Assembly: GCA_004431415.1 (NCBI GenBank)
Contig: QPMI01000491.1
Coordinates: 1-64,000, forward strand
Direction of reading: 5' to 3'
Length of the DNA stretch: 64,000 nt
Source: Cyanophora paradoxa CCMP329
Lineage: Eukaryota > Plantae > Glaucophyta
Below, piece by piece: positions 45,701-57,700 of the stretch (the first letter of the stretch is position 1; each line of letters begins with the position of its first letter). Both the position numbers and the translations under genes were made by a program. The notes below the pieces were generated by a model. It did no database searches, was not told the origin of the DNA, and worked only from the letters and a program-made list of their open reading frames with translations.

Positions 45701-48700
45701 GGGTGTGTCCATTGCAGCGTGTAAATTCAGGGAACCCCGATTGAAGCGAGGTGGAATTAACTAACGCGCCTCGTTGTCGACGAACGTGCAGCCGGTAAAG
45801 GTGGCAGAACTCTCCTCGAGAACGGCTACCGCGCCGCCGTCCATCCCGGCTTTGTTCTGATTTCCGGGAATTTTGGTTCTCAGGTCTGGTGAGGCGCAAA
45901 ACCGAATTGAAACGAATGTGGTGAACCCGGACGAAGATGCAGCCGATGAAGTTGGCCGAAGACTTGCTGCGGAGTGCGACTGCGCCACCGAAGCCCGTGG
46001 CGTTGTTGTAGCCCCCCAATACAATGACCCCGTAAATCGGGACGTTCTTTGGTAAAAAGGATCTTCAGATTAGGACGTCATTGGGGTGAGTGGCGTATAC
46101 GTAGATTACCTTGACGTTGAAAATTGAGATGGCTGACGCTGCGTCGGGAGGGTTCAGGTTCGGAGGCGGCTCGAGCACGCCGCTCCGCGAGCAGTTCACG
46201 AGCATGACGCCCTGCAAAGGTGCCTTAAAACTACTGAATAAGCGACGTACGCGGACACGGCTCCGCACCATCGGAACGACCAGTGGGGACGCGTGCGAGA
46301 TGAGAAACGCGGGGCCAAGTCCAGCGCAACTTTACAAGGACGCAATTAAAATGCGACGGGAAAGCCTTGAACAATACAAAATGACGCACTGCATCCGAGT
46401 ATCTAGCGCAGAGAACGGGCCCGTCGGCATGCCGCTGACCGACCGGACCTGCGCGCAATACATTTTAGTTAATCATCATTGATCGCAGGTGAGCTAAGTT
46501 TGATTTTCTGAACTCAGAGACTTCGATTCCGAAGTTACACGCACCCACACTTTCGAGCCCTCCGCCCCCGGTATTGGCTCAGGAGCATACCAGAGGTCGC
46601 TCGTCCCATTCTTGACGTAGTCCGTGGCCTCCAGGAAGATGCCGATCTGCGCGGCCGAAAAACTATCACGACGGATCGTTTGAAGCTGAAGGGAGCCAGA
46701 ATTCGAAAGGTGCAAGCCTCGACGGGGCGGCCGAAGGAGCCGACGCGGGCGTAGGCAAACTCGAAGGCGGCGGCGGATCTGCTGAAGATGATCGGAGTGT
46801 CCTTGCTGGGCAGCGCGGCCCCGAGCTCCGTGTCGTTGAGGCCGAGGCTCGGCGCGACGAGGATGTTCACGTCATAGGGCGTCTCGTAGGAGATGTCCAG
46901 GACGACGGGCCCGGGGCCGCAGCCGCCGCCCTCCGCCGCAATATTTATCGCAAGCTGCTCGACGCCCCTCAGAAGAACAATGAGCGAGCTCTTGCGGCCT
47001 GATTCGCCTGCGAGGATCTCTGTCAAAGGCTGGATCCGCGCGCGCCTCGGCCGCGGGATTCAGACCTTGCGAGTTGCGGATGGGCTGCGCGCAGGTCTTA
47101 GGGATGCACCCTTCCCGTTCGCGAACGTCGAGTACGGCTGCCAGAAAACCGTACGCGTCATGATCAATATTAGTCGCGTGCAGAACCATCGGGAACCGCG
47201 GACCCGCAAAGCCCGAGGCTGTCGCATCGAAGCGGTACATGCCAGGCTTTGTGACGTTGAACTAAATAAAGTGGAGGCGCGAAATTAGAAGCGCGAAAAA
47301 ACGTCGAGAGGAGAACTCTCGCCTGAAACTGGACGACGTGGGTGTGTCGTGTCTTGCAAACCTCGAGCGTGCCGGAGACCGGGTAGTCGCACAGCGAGGG
47401 CAGCTCTGCCCTCCCCAGAGACAGAACCTGCACCTTCTTGTCCGGTGGGCACGTTGAGGAGCCTGCATAGACACAGGCACATTTGCATTGTGAGGTTTAC
47501 GGCGAAAATAAGGCGCTGCTGGTGACACGCACTCTCTCCGATAATGAAGCCGGCTGGAAGTGGCGGCGGCGGCTCGGCAAACGGGACCGCGGCAAATGCG
47601 GCAGTCGCGGCTTGCTTTTCGTCTGATCACGAGAATCCGCTCAAAGGCGTGTACTTGCAATTCTGCGAGCCACTTCACACACCTCGCAACTTTTGGATGG
47701 CATCGGCGGCAGCAGGGTCGGAAGGCTCGACAGGATACAGGTTCGCGCCCTGCAAGAAGGAGCCAGCGGCAGGATCGGACACCGCAGTCTCGTCCTCGGG
47801 CAGCGAAGTTTTGTCGGCGGCCAGCGCCAGAGTCTCCTCGATGGGAAGTGGCGTAGTGATCTCAAAGTCATCATCGGGCGACATCGTCGGCGGAGCGTCC
47901 GAGCTGAACTCGCCCTCATCGGCCAGAACTGTTTGAAGTGCCCATGGCAACCACATAGGGAACACATGCGCAGGTGTTGGCGTCAGCCATGAAACTCTAA
48001 TAACATCCACATAATAATTACGCACGCATGCGACCATTTCGAATCTCCTCATCGATTTTCCTGGTGACGAAGGCGGATAGGGCTCGGCGACGCATGATGG
48101 GCGCCGGAAGCGGGTCCGTCGTGTTTGCGCAAATGGTTTGCATGTTGCTTGCGTTGATTCCTCCGGCAAAGGCCTCCGCGGAGCACAGCTCAGGCAGCAC
48201 GCCAAGCGAGGCGGAGACGTTGGTGCCGCGCTGCGGACACTCGACGAAGATGTCATCGAGCAGGTCGGCGGGACAGCTGAGGCCCGCCTCACACGGCTGG
48301 TCGATGGCCTTCACGGTGTTGCTGCCCTCCTCTGCACAAAGCCCATCAGTTCTGTTCGTCAAAATTCTGCATAAAAAAACCCCGAACCATCCTTATTGTA
48401 TCCGGCCGTGGTGATGGCGCCAAGGACAAAAGTGCGCTTGACGACGCGCTTCACGTCTGTTGACGACAGGTTGACCAAGGCGGAGTAAAACTCGAATTCC
48501 AAAGAGCGGTCAATCGGGAAGCGCTTGTATAGAGGCTTTGAGTTGGGGAGGTCGTCGGTTATCTGCAGGGACGACTGCAATTAGCGGTCATCTGCATGGA
48601 TGGCATCTGGAGTTTCGCCGACCGTGAGGACGACCTCCTTGGTGAGAGCCGCCATCGCCGCGCCGAACCCAGCGGAGGCCGGCATCCACGAGACGTTAAA

Positions 48701-51700
48701 AAGACCTGTGGGTGCATCAGTAGCCGCGTGCGCGACAGCCTGTTAGCCCTCTTCGAGGCGCGCCGCAGTCGAGACGCGCAGCCGACAGCTGGTAGGGAAG
48801 CGAAGTGTTTCCTTGCACAAATCCGTGTCGGGGAATTCCTGCATGCACGAGGGTATTGCTCAGTACTGATATCAGGCCGTTCAAGCCAACGCAGATTTCG
48901 ATCAATGAAGGCTCAAACCGGGCATCTGGACTACCAGCGGCGCTGCAAATTTTCCGGGCAAGAAGAGGTCGACTTTGTCCTTGCCGACTCCCTTCAGGCC
49001 TTGGGTATAGAACCTACGTATAAGCAAGGAGCGCCTCAAAACCAGGTCGATATCCAGATTTAGGTTAGAAGCAGAGGGGGTTGAGAGCACTTGTAAACAA
49101 TGCCTGCGGTACCCGTACGCGTGCACATGTTATGACTTCAGCAAGGCGCAATGACATTGACATCGACATGCCCGCACCTGGCAGCAGCCCGGGAATGGTA
49201 AATGCGTTCTGGTTTGCAGCCCGCGAAGGAATGTAGTCGTAGTACGGGGCGGCTAAACTCGGAGGATCCAAGATGAGCCGCGCGTCCGGCTGCTGCGAGG
49301 CGCCTGTCCCAAATTCGGCCTTCTCGCAGGGAGCATCCCACTTCGAGTTAACGACGCGGTAGCGCCCCGTTTCACACGGGCTCGGCACGGCGGTTGGCTC
49401 CCGCGGCGGCGCCACCAAAACCTGCCGTCCGGCGTCCGGACGAGGCGAATTCTAGGCGGCATCCGGCAAAGGGCGAGCAAACCTGACTGAAGTTACTCTC
49501 CGGGTTCGGCTCAAACTTAATCTTTGCGATGAACTGCATGCAACAAATGTGCACGTAAGATGATCGTGGAAGCGAATTCTTACACCCCAGCCTCGCACCT
49601 TGCCAGGGTTCTCCCGGTCTGGAAGGATCGAAACAAACTTAACATCAGTCGGGATTTGCGCTCTCAATGCGTAAATCGAGTTTTGCGCCGACGGAATGCG
49701 AACAAAGAAGACCGTAGCCGAGCGCCAGGCACGAAAGAGCTGAGCGACTCGCTAGCCGCGGAAGCGGCGCGAGGCGAGCACGGGATTAGCAGCAGGCTGC
49801 TGCGAGCGCCCCGCAAGGGACTAGCTGAGCTAGCCGTTGGGCCGAGCCGGCGGGCTTGAAGCCGCCGAGCTCCGGGGGGTACGCTGATTCGGGGTTTCCC
49901 TTCACGCCCAGCTTCGCTCGCGGCCGCCCCAGGCCACGAAGCGACCAGCGGCGAAGCGAAATCGCCACAGCCAGCACTGCAGTCACTCCTAAACAGCCCT
50001 GTCGGACCGGCGGCCGCACTTCTCGGCCGTCCCTCCAATTGCACAGAGCTGACCAACTCTGCAGCACCACGGCTCGCCATAGCTGCAGTGGAGCGCGATC
50101 CCGCGGCAGCAACTGCGCATGCCTCGATGGCTGGCCGGCGCAAACCCTGTTCCCAGCGATCCTCCGGAATCGGCCTCGGGCCCCGATTCACGCTTGAATC
50201 TGGTTCCTTACTGCCGTGCCGGTACGTGGATTCACGTCCGGGCCCGCCCGCCACGCTCGCATCCCGCGCGCGCTGGCTATCCCGGGGGCCCACCGTCAGT
50301 CCGCGGCCGCCGGCTTGCCTATACACTCTATATAAGCGTGTATTGAGACCCGCCGCGCGATTCCTCCGGTTCCCTGACCAATTCCTGCACGCATGCTCCG
50401 GAGCTCCTCGGCGCTCGCACCGGACGTCGACACCGCCGCTGTGCCACGCCGGCGGAGCTCGCGCAGGACTGCCCGGCCTGCTGGCGCGCGCGCTGCAGAC
50501 CCACCGCGAAGTCGGGGCTTGGATCGTGCCTTACGCGTGATCCACCGACGGACGGTGCCCAGCCGCTCGCGCGGCTCGGGGAGGCGACGGAGTACGGCTC
50601 TCGCGTGCGCCTCGCGCTGTGGGACGGCCCGCGTGCGCCTCGCGCTGTGGTCCCTGTACTCGGAGTTCGGAGGCCGCGCGCGACTCTCGCTGTGGCCCGA
50701 TCCCCCGGCGGATTCCGGCCGCGACCGCGGCCGGCGAACTTCCACCAGGAGCACGGATCTCGCGAGCGCCTCGCTGTGAGATGGGCCCGCGTGCGTTCGT
50801 CGCTGTGGGCCCCCGTGCAAGGAGTTCCGGGGCCGCGTGCGCCCCGCTGTGGCCCCAGACCGCTTCAGCGGCACCAGCCGCTCCCGCGGCCGGCGAACTC
50901 CCAACCTGGCCTTCGAATTCGACTCCCGCGTGCGCCTCGCGCTGCGGGACGGCCCGCGTGCGCCTCGCGCTGTGGGCCCCCTACTCGGAGTTCGGAGGCC
51001 GCGCGCGACTCTCGCTGCGGCCCGCTCCGCCCCCGGCGGACCCCGGCCGCGCCCGCGGCCGGCGAACTTCGACCAGGAGCACGGGTCTCGCGAGCGCCTC
51101 GCTGTGAGATGGGCCCGCGAGCGTTCGTCGCTGTGGGCCCCGTGCGCGGAGCTCCGGGGCCGCGTGCGTCTCGCTGTGGCCCCAGAGCTTCACCCCGGAG
51201 TACGGCTCTCGCGTGCGCCTCGATCGCTGCGGGACGGCCCGCGAGCGTGCGCGCTGTGGGCCCTGTACATATATATATATACTCGGAGTTCGGAGGCCGC
51301 GCGCGACTCTCGCTGTGGCCCGATCCGCCCGGCGGACCCCGGCCGCACCCACGGCCGGCGAGCTTCCACCAGGAGCACGGATCTCGCGAGCACCTCGCTG
51401 TGAGATGGGCCCGCGAGCGTTCGTCGCTGTGGACCCCCGTGCGCGGAGCTCCGGGGCCGCGTGCGTCTCGCTGTGGCCCCAGATCTAGAGCTTCACCCCG
51501 GAGTACGGCTCTCGCGTGCGCCTCGCTCGCTGCGAGACGGCCCGCGAGCGTGCGCGCTGTGGGCCCTGTACTCGGGTTCGGAGGCCGCGCGCGACTCTCG
51601 CTGTGGCCCGATCCGCCCCGGCGGATTCCGGCCGCACCCGCGGCCGGCGAACTTCCACCAGGAGCACGGATCTCGCGAGCGCCTCGCTGTGAGATGGGCC

Positions 51701-54700
51701 CGCGAACGTTCGTCGCTGTGGACCCCCGTGCGCGGAGTTCCGGGGCCGCGTGCGTCGCGCTGTGGCCCCAGAGCTTCACGCCGGAGTACGGACCTCGCGT
51801 GCGCCCCGCTGCGAGACGGCCCGCGAGCGTGCGCGCTGCGGGCCCCGGACTCGGAGTGCGTTACGCTGCGGACTATAGCTACGACTCTCGCTGGCGCGCG
51901 CGCTGCGAGTATTAGTCGGCCCGCTGGCGCGTCTCGAGCTCGCTGCGGACTAGCCGCTAGCGCTAGCGCTGCTGGCGCGACCGCTACAGCCTCGCGATCG
52001 ATCGCGATCGCAGAGTGTTTTGTTTGTTTTTGGTCAATTCTAGTCGATTCAAGGATTGACTCGACCTTAAAACAAAAACAAAAACAAAACAAACAAAAAC
52101 AAAACAACGGACGTACCCGTTGTACCGGCCGGACTCCGGACTCCGGAGCCGCCGGACCCGCGGTACCGGTCCCGCGCCGCGCGGTCTCACTGCCGCAGTG
52201 CCAGGCCGCTGAGGCGGGCACTTCCGGGGATCCGCTGCCGCAGTGCCGCCGCTGCGGCGCCGCACGGCATGCGCAGTCTGCAGTGGCAGTACAGCCGCAG
52301 TGCCGCAGTGCGAGCTCGAGTCGGCCGGCGCCCGCAGCTGCAGTTGCCAGGCTGGCGCTTCCGCTACCGCAGTGCTGCCGCTGCCCCAGTGGCGCGTTAC
52401 GCTGCGGCTACGGTCCCCGCTTGCGCTCTAGATCTCGCTGCGAGTCGGCCTGCTGGCGACCTTCCGCGCATCCGCGCCGCACCCTTGCGCAACCCGGGCC
52501 CCCGCACCGCAGCTCGGCTCGCCGCCGCCGCCGGACCTGCCTGCGCAGGGCGGGCCGGCCGCTGGCCCGCCTGCGGCACTCCCCGGCTGGAGCCCAGGGC
52601 TCCACCTCCGTCCCGAGGTCCGAAAACGACCTCGCGCGGCCCCGCACCGCCACGCCACCCGCCGCCGCCGCCTGACCTGCTTGCGCGGGGCGGGCCGGCC
52701 GCTGGCTCGCACGCAGCGCTCCCCGGCTGGAGCCGCTGAGCCCAGGGCTCCGCCTCCGTCCCGAGGTCCGTCACGGCCTCGCGCGGCACCCGCGCCGCCG
52801 CTCGACCCGCCGCCGCCGCCTGACCTGCTTACGCAGGGCGGGCCGGCCGCTGGCTCGCCTGCCGCGCTCTCCGGCTGGAGCCTTGGTCTCCACCTCCGCC
52901 CCGAGGTCCGTCACGGCCTCGCGCGGCCCCGTGCCGCCGCTCGACCCGCCACCGTGGCACCGCCGCCTGACCTGCTTGCACAGGGCGGGCCGACCGCTGG
53001 CGCGCCTGCGACGCTCCCCGGCTGGAGCCCAGGGCTCCACCTCCGCCCCGAGGTCCGAAAACGACCTCGCACGGCCCCGCCCCCCGCGCCACCCGCCGCC
53101 GCCGCCTGACCTGCTTGCGCAGGGCGGGCCGACCGCTGGCTCGCCTGCGGCGCTCTCCGGCTGGAGCCCAGGGCTCCGCCTCCGCCCGAGGTCCGTCACG
53201 GCCTCGCGCGGCCCCCGCGCCGCCGCTCGACCCGCCGCCGCAGCCTGATCTGCTTGCGCAGGGCGGGCCGGCCGCTGGCTCGCCTGCCGCGCTCTCCGGC
53301 TGGAGCCCTTGGGCTCCACCTCCGCCCCGAGGCCCGTCACGGCCTCGCGCGGCCCCGCACCGCCGCTCAACCCGCCACCGTGGCACCGCCGCCTGTCCTG
53401 CTTGCGCAGGGCGGGCCGGCCGCTGGCTCGCCTGCGGCGCTCCCCGGCTGGAGCCCCGGGCCCCACCTCCGCCCCGAGGTCCGAAAACGACCTCGCGCGG
53501 CCCCACGCCCGCGCTCGACCCGCCGCCGCCGCATAACCTGCTTACGTAGGGCGGGCCGGCCGCTGGTGCGCATGCAGCGCTCCCCGGCTGGAGCCCAGGG
53601 CTCCACCTCCGCCCCGAGGTCCGTCACGGCCTCGCACGGCCCCGCGCCGCCGCTCGACCCGCCGCCGCCGCCTGACCTGCTTGCGCAGGGCGGGCCGGCC
53701 GCTGGCCCGCCTGCGGCGCTCTCCGGCTGGAGCCTTGGGCTTCACCTCCGCCCCGAGGTCCGTCACGGCCTCGCGCGGCCCCGCACCGCCGCTCGACTCG
53801 CCGCCGCCGCCGGACCTGCTTACGCAGGGCGGGCCGGCCGCTGGCTCGCATGCGACGCTCTCGGGCTGGAGCCCTTGGGGCCCCACCTCCGCCCCGAGGT
53901 CCGTCACGGCCTCGCGCGGCCCCGTGCCGCCGCGCGACCTGCCGCCGCCGCCTGACCTGCTTGCGCAGGGCGGGCCGACCGCTGGCTCGCCTGCGACATT
54001 CGCCGGTTGGAGCCCTTGGGCCCCACCTCCACCCGAGGTCTGAAGCGGCCTCGCGCGACCCCGCGCCGCCGCTCGACACACCGCTGCCGCCTGACCTGCT
54101 TGCGCAGGGCAGGCCGGCCGCTGGCTCGCCTGCCGCGCTCTCCGGCTGGAGCCCAGGGCTCCACCTCCGCCCCGAGGTCCGTCACGGCCTCGCGCGGCCC
54201 CGCGCTGCCGCTCGACCCGCCGCCGCCGCATAACCTGCTTGCGCAGGGCGGGCCGGCCGCTGGCTTGCATGCAGCCCTCCCCGGCCGGAGCCTTGGTCTC
54301 CACCGCCGCCCGAGGTCCGTCACGGCCTAGCGCGGCCCCGCGCCGCCGCTCGACCCTCCGCCGCCGCATAACCTGCTTGCGCAGGGCGGGCCGACCGCTG
54401 GCTCGCCTGCGGCGCTCCCCGGCTGGAGCCCAGGGCTCCGCCTCCGCCCCGAGGTACGTCACGGCTTCGCGAGGCCCCGCGCTGCCGCTCGACACGCCGC
54501 CGCCGCCTGACCTGCTTGCGCAGGGCGGGCCGGCCGCTGGCTCGCACGCAGCACTCCCCGGCTGGAGCCCAGGGCTCCACCTCCGCCCCGAGGTCCGTCA
54601 TGGCCTCGCGCGGCCCCGCGCTGCTGCTCGACCCGCCGCCACCACATAACCTGCTTGCGCAGGGCGGGCCGACCGCCGTCTCGCCTGCGGTACTCTCCGG

Positions 54701-57700
54701 CTGGGGCCCAGGGCCCCACCTACGCCCCGAGGTCTGTCACGGCCTCGTGCGTCCCCGCGCCGCCGCTCGACCCACCGCCGCCGCCTGACCTGCTTGCGCA
54801 GGGCGGGCCGGCCACTGGCTCGCCTGCCGCGCTCTCCGGCTGGGGCCCAGGGCTCCACTTCCGCCCCGAGGTCCATCACGGCCTCGCGCAGCCCCGCGCT
54901 GCCGCTCGACCCGCCGCCGCCGCATCACCTGCTGGCGCAGGGCGGGCTGGCCGCTGGCTCGCACGCAGCGCTCCCCGGCTGCGCCCAGGGCTCCACCTCC
55001 GCCCCGAGGTCCGTCTCGGCCTCGCGCGGCTTCGGGCTGCCGCTCAACCCACCGCCGCCGCATGACCTGCTGGCGCGGGGCTGGCCGGCCGCTGGCTCGC
55101 ATGCAGCGCTCCCCGGCTGGAGCCCAAGGCCCCACCTCCGCCCCGAGGTCCGAAAACGACCTCGCGCGGCCCCGCACCGCCGCGCCACCCGCCGCCGCCG
55201 CGTAACCTGCTTGCGCAGGGCGGGCCGGCCGCTGGCTCGCACACAGCGCTCCCCGGCTGGAGCCCAGGGCTCTACCTCCGCCCCGAGGTCCATCACGGCC
55301 TCGTGCGGCCCCGCACTGCCGCTCGACCAGCCGCCGCCGCAAAACCTGCTTGCGCAGGGCGGGCCGTCCGCTGGCTCGCATACAGCGCTCCCCGGCTGGA
55401 GCCCAGGGCCCCACTTCCGCCCCGAGGTCCGTCACGGCTTCGCGCGGCCCGCGCTGCTGCTCGACATGCCACTGCCGCCTGACCTGCTTGCGCAGGGCGG
55501 GCCGCTGGTGCGCATGCAGCGCTCCCCGGCTGGAGCCCAGGGCCACACTTCCGCCCCGAGGTCCGTCACGGCCTCGCGCGGCCCCGCGCTGCTGCTCGAC
55601 CCGCCGCCGCCCCAGAACCTGCCTGCGCAGGGCCGGCCGCTGGTGCGCATGCAGCGCTCCCCGGCTGGAGCCCAGGGCTCCACCACCGCCCCGAGGTCCG
55701 CCACGGCCTCGCGCTCCCCTGTGCTGCCGCTCGACATGCCGCCGCCGCATAACCTGCCTGCGCAGGGCGGGCCGGCCGCTGGCTCGTCCGCAGCGCCCCC
55801 CGGCTGGAGCTCAAGGCGTTACCACCGCCCAGAGGTCCGTCACGGCCTCGCCCGACCCCGCGCTGCCGCTCGACCCGCCGCCGCCGCATACCCTGCTTGC
55901 GCAGGGCGGGCCGGCCGCTGGCTCGTATGCAGCGCTTCACGGCTGGAGCCCAGGGCTCCACCTCCGCCCCGAGGTACGTCACGGCTTCGCGAGGCCCCGC
56001 GCTGCCGCTCGACACGCCGCCGCCGCCTGACCTGCTTGCGCAGGGCGGGCCGACCGCTGGCTCGCCTGCGACATTCGCCGGTTGGAGCCCTTGGGCCCCA
56101 CCTCCACCCCGAGGTCTGAAGCGGCCTCGCGCGACCCCCGCGCCGCCGCTCGACACACCGCTGCCGCCTGACCTGCTTGCGCAGGGCAGGCCGGCCGCTG
56201 GCTCGCCTGCCGCGCTCTCCGGCTGGAGCCCAGGGCTCCACCTCCGCCCCGAGGTCCATCACGGCCTCGCGCAGCCCCGCGCTGCTGCTCGACCCGCCGC
56301 CGCCGCATAACCTGCTTGCACAGGGCGGGCCGGCCTCTGGCTCGCATGCAGCGCTCCCCAACTGGAGTCCAGGGCTCCACCTCCGCCCCGAGGTCCGTCA
56401 CGGCCTAGCGCGGCCCCGCGCTGCCGCTCGACCCGCCGCCGCCGCATAACCTGCTTGCGCAGGGCGGGCCGGCCGCTGGCTCGCATGCAGCCCTCCCCGG
56501 CCGGAGCCTTGGTCTCCACCGCCGCCCCGAGGTCCGTCACGGCCTAGCGCGGCCCCGCGCTGCAGCTCGGCGTACCGCCACTGCCTGACCTGCCTGCGCA
56601 GGGCGGGCCGGCCGCTGGCTCGCCTGCCGCGCTCTCCGGCTGGAGCCCTTGGGCTCCACCTCCGCCCCGAGGTCCGTTCACGGCCTCATGCGGCCCTGCA
56701 CCACCACTCGACCGCCGCCGCCGCATAACCTGCTTGCGCAGGACGGGCCGGCCGCTGGCTCGCATACAGCGCTCCCCGGCTGGAGCCCAGGGCTCCACCT
56801 CCGCCCCGAGGTCCGAAAACGACCTCGCGCGGCCCCGCACCGCCGCGCCCCCGCCGCCGCCGCCTGACCTGCTTGCGCAGGGCGGGCCGACCGCTGGCTC
56901 GCCTGCGGCGCTCTCCGGCTGGAGCCCAGGGCCCCGCCCCCGCCCCGAGGTCCGTCACGGCCTTGCGCGGCCCCCGCGCCGCTGCTCGACCCGCCGCCGC
57001 CGCCTGACCTGCTTGCGCAGGGCGGGCCGGCCGCTGGCTCGCATGCCGCGCTCTCCAGCTGGAGCCCAGGGCTCCACCGCTACCCCGAGGTCCGTCACGG
57101 CCTCGCGCGGCCCGCGCTGCAGCTCGGCGTACCGCCACTGCCTGACCCGCTGGCGCAGGGCGGGCCGGCCGCTGGCTCGTCCGCCGCGCTCTCCGGCTGG
57201 AGCCCAAGGCTCCACCGCCGCCCGAAGCCCTTGACGGCCTCGCACGGCCCCACTCCACCACCCGGCTTGCCGCCGCCGCCTGACCTACGGGTGCAGGGCG
57301 GGCCGGCCGCTGGCCCGCCCACCGCGCTCCTGCTGGAGCTCAAGGCTCCGCCACCTCCCCGAGGTCTGCAGCGACCTCGCGCGGCCCGGCGCCGCCGCCC
57401 AGCTCGCTGCCTCCGCCTGATTGGCTGGCACAGGGCGGGCCAGCCCCTAGCCCGCCCGCGGCCGTCGGACGCTTCCTGGCTGGAGCTCAAGGCTCCGCCA
57501 CCGCCCCCAGGGCGGGCCGGCTGGTGGACCGCGCGCAGCGCCTCCTGCGGTAGCTAAAAGCTCCGCCGCCGCCCGAAGGTCCGTAGCGGCCTTGCGCGGC
57601 CCCGCGCGGCCGCTCGACCCGCTACCGCCGTCGGACCTACTCGCGAAGGGGCAGGCCGGTCGCTGGCTCGCCAGCAGCGCTCTCCTGCTGGAGCTCAAGC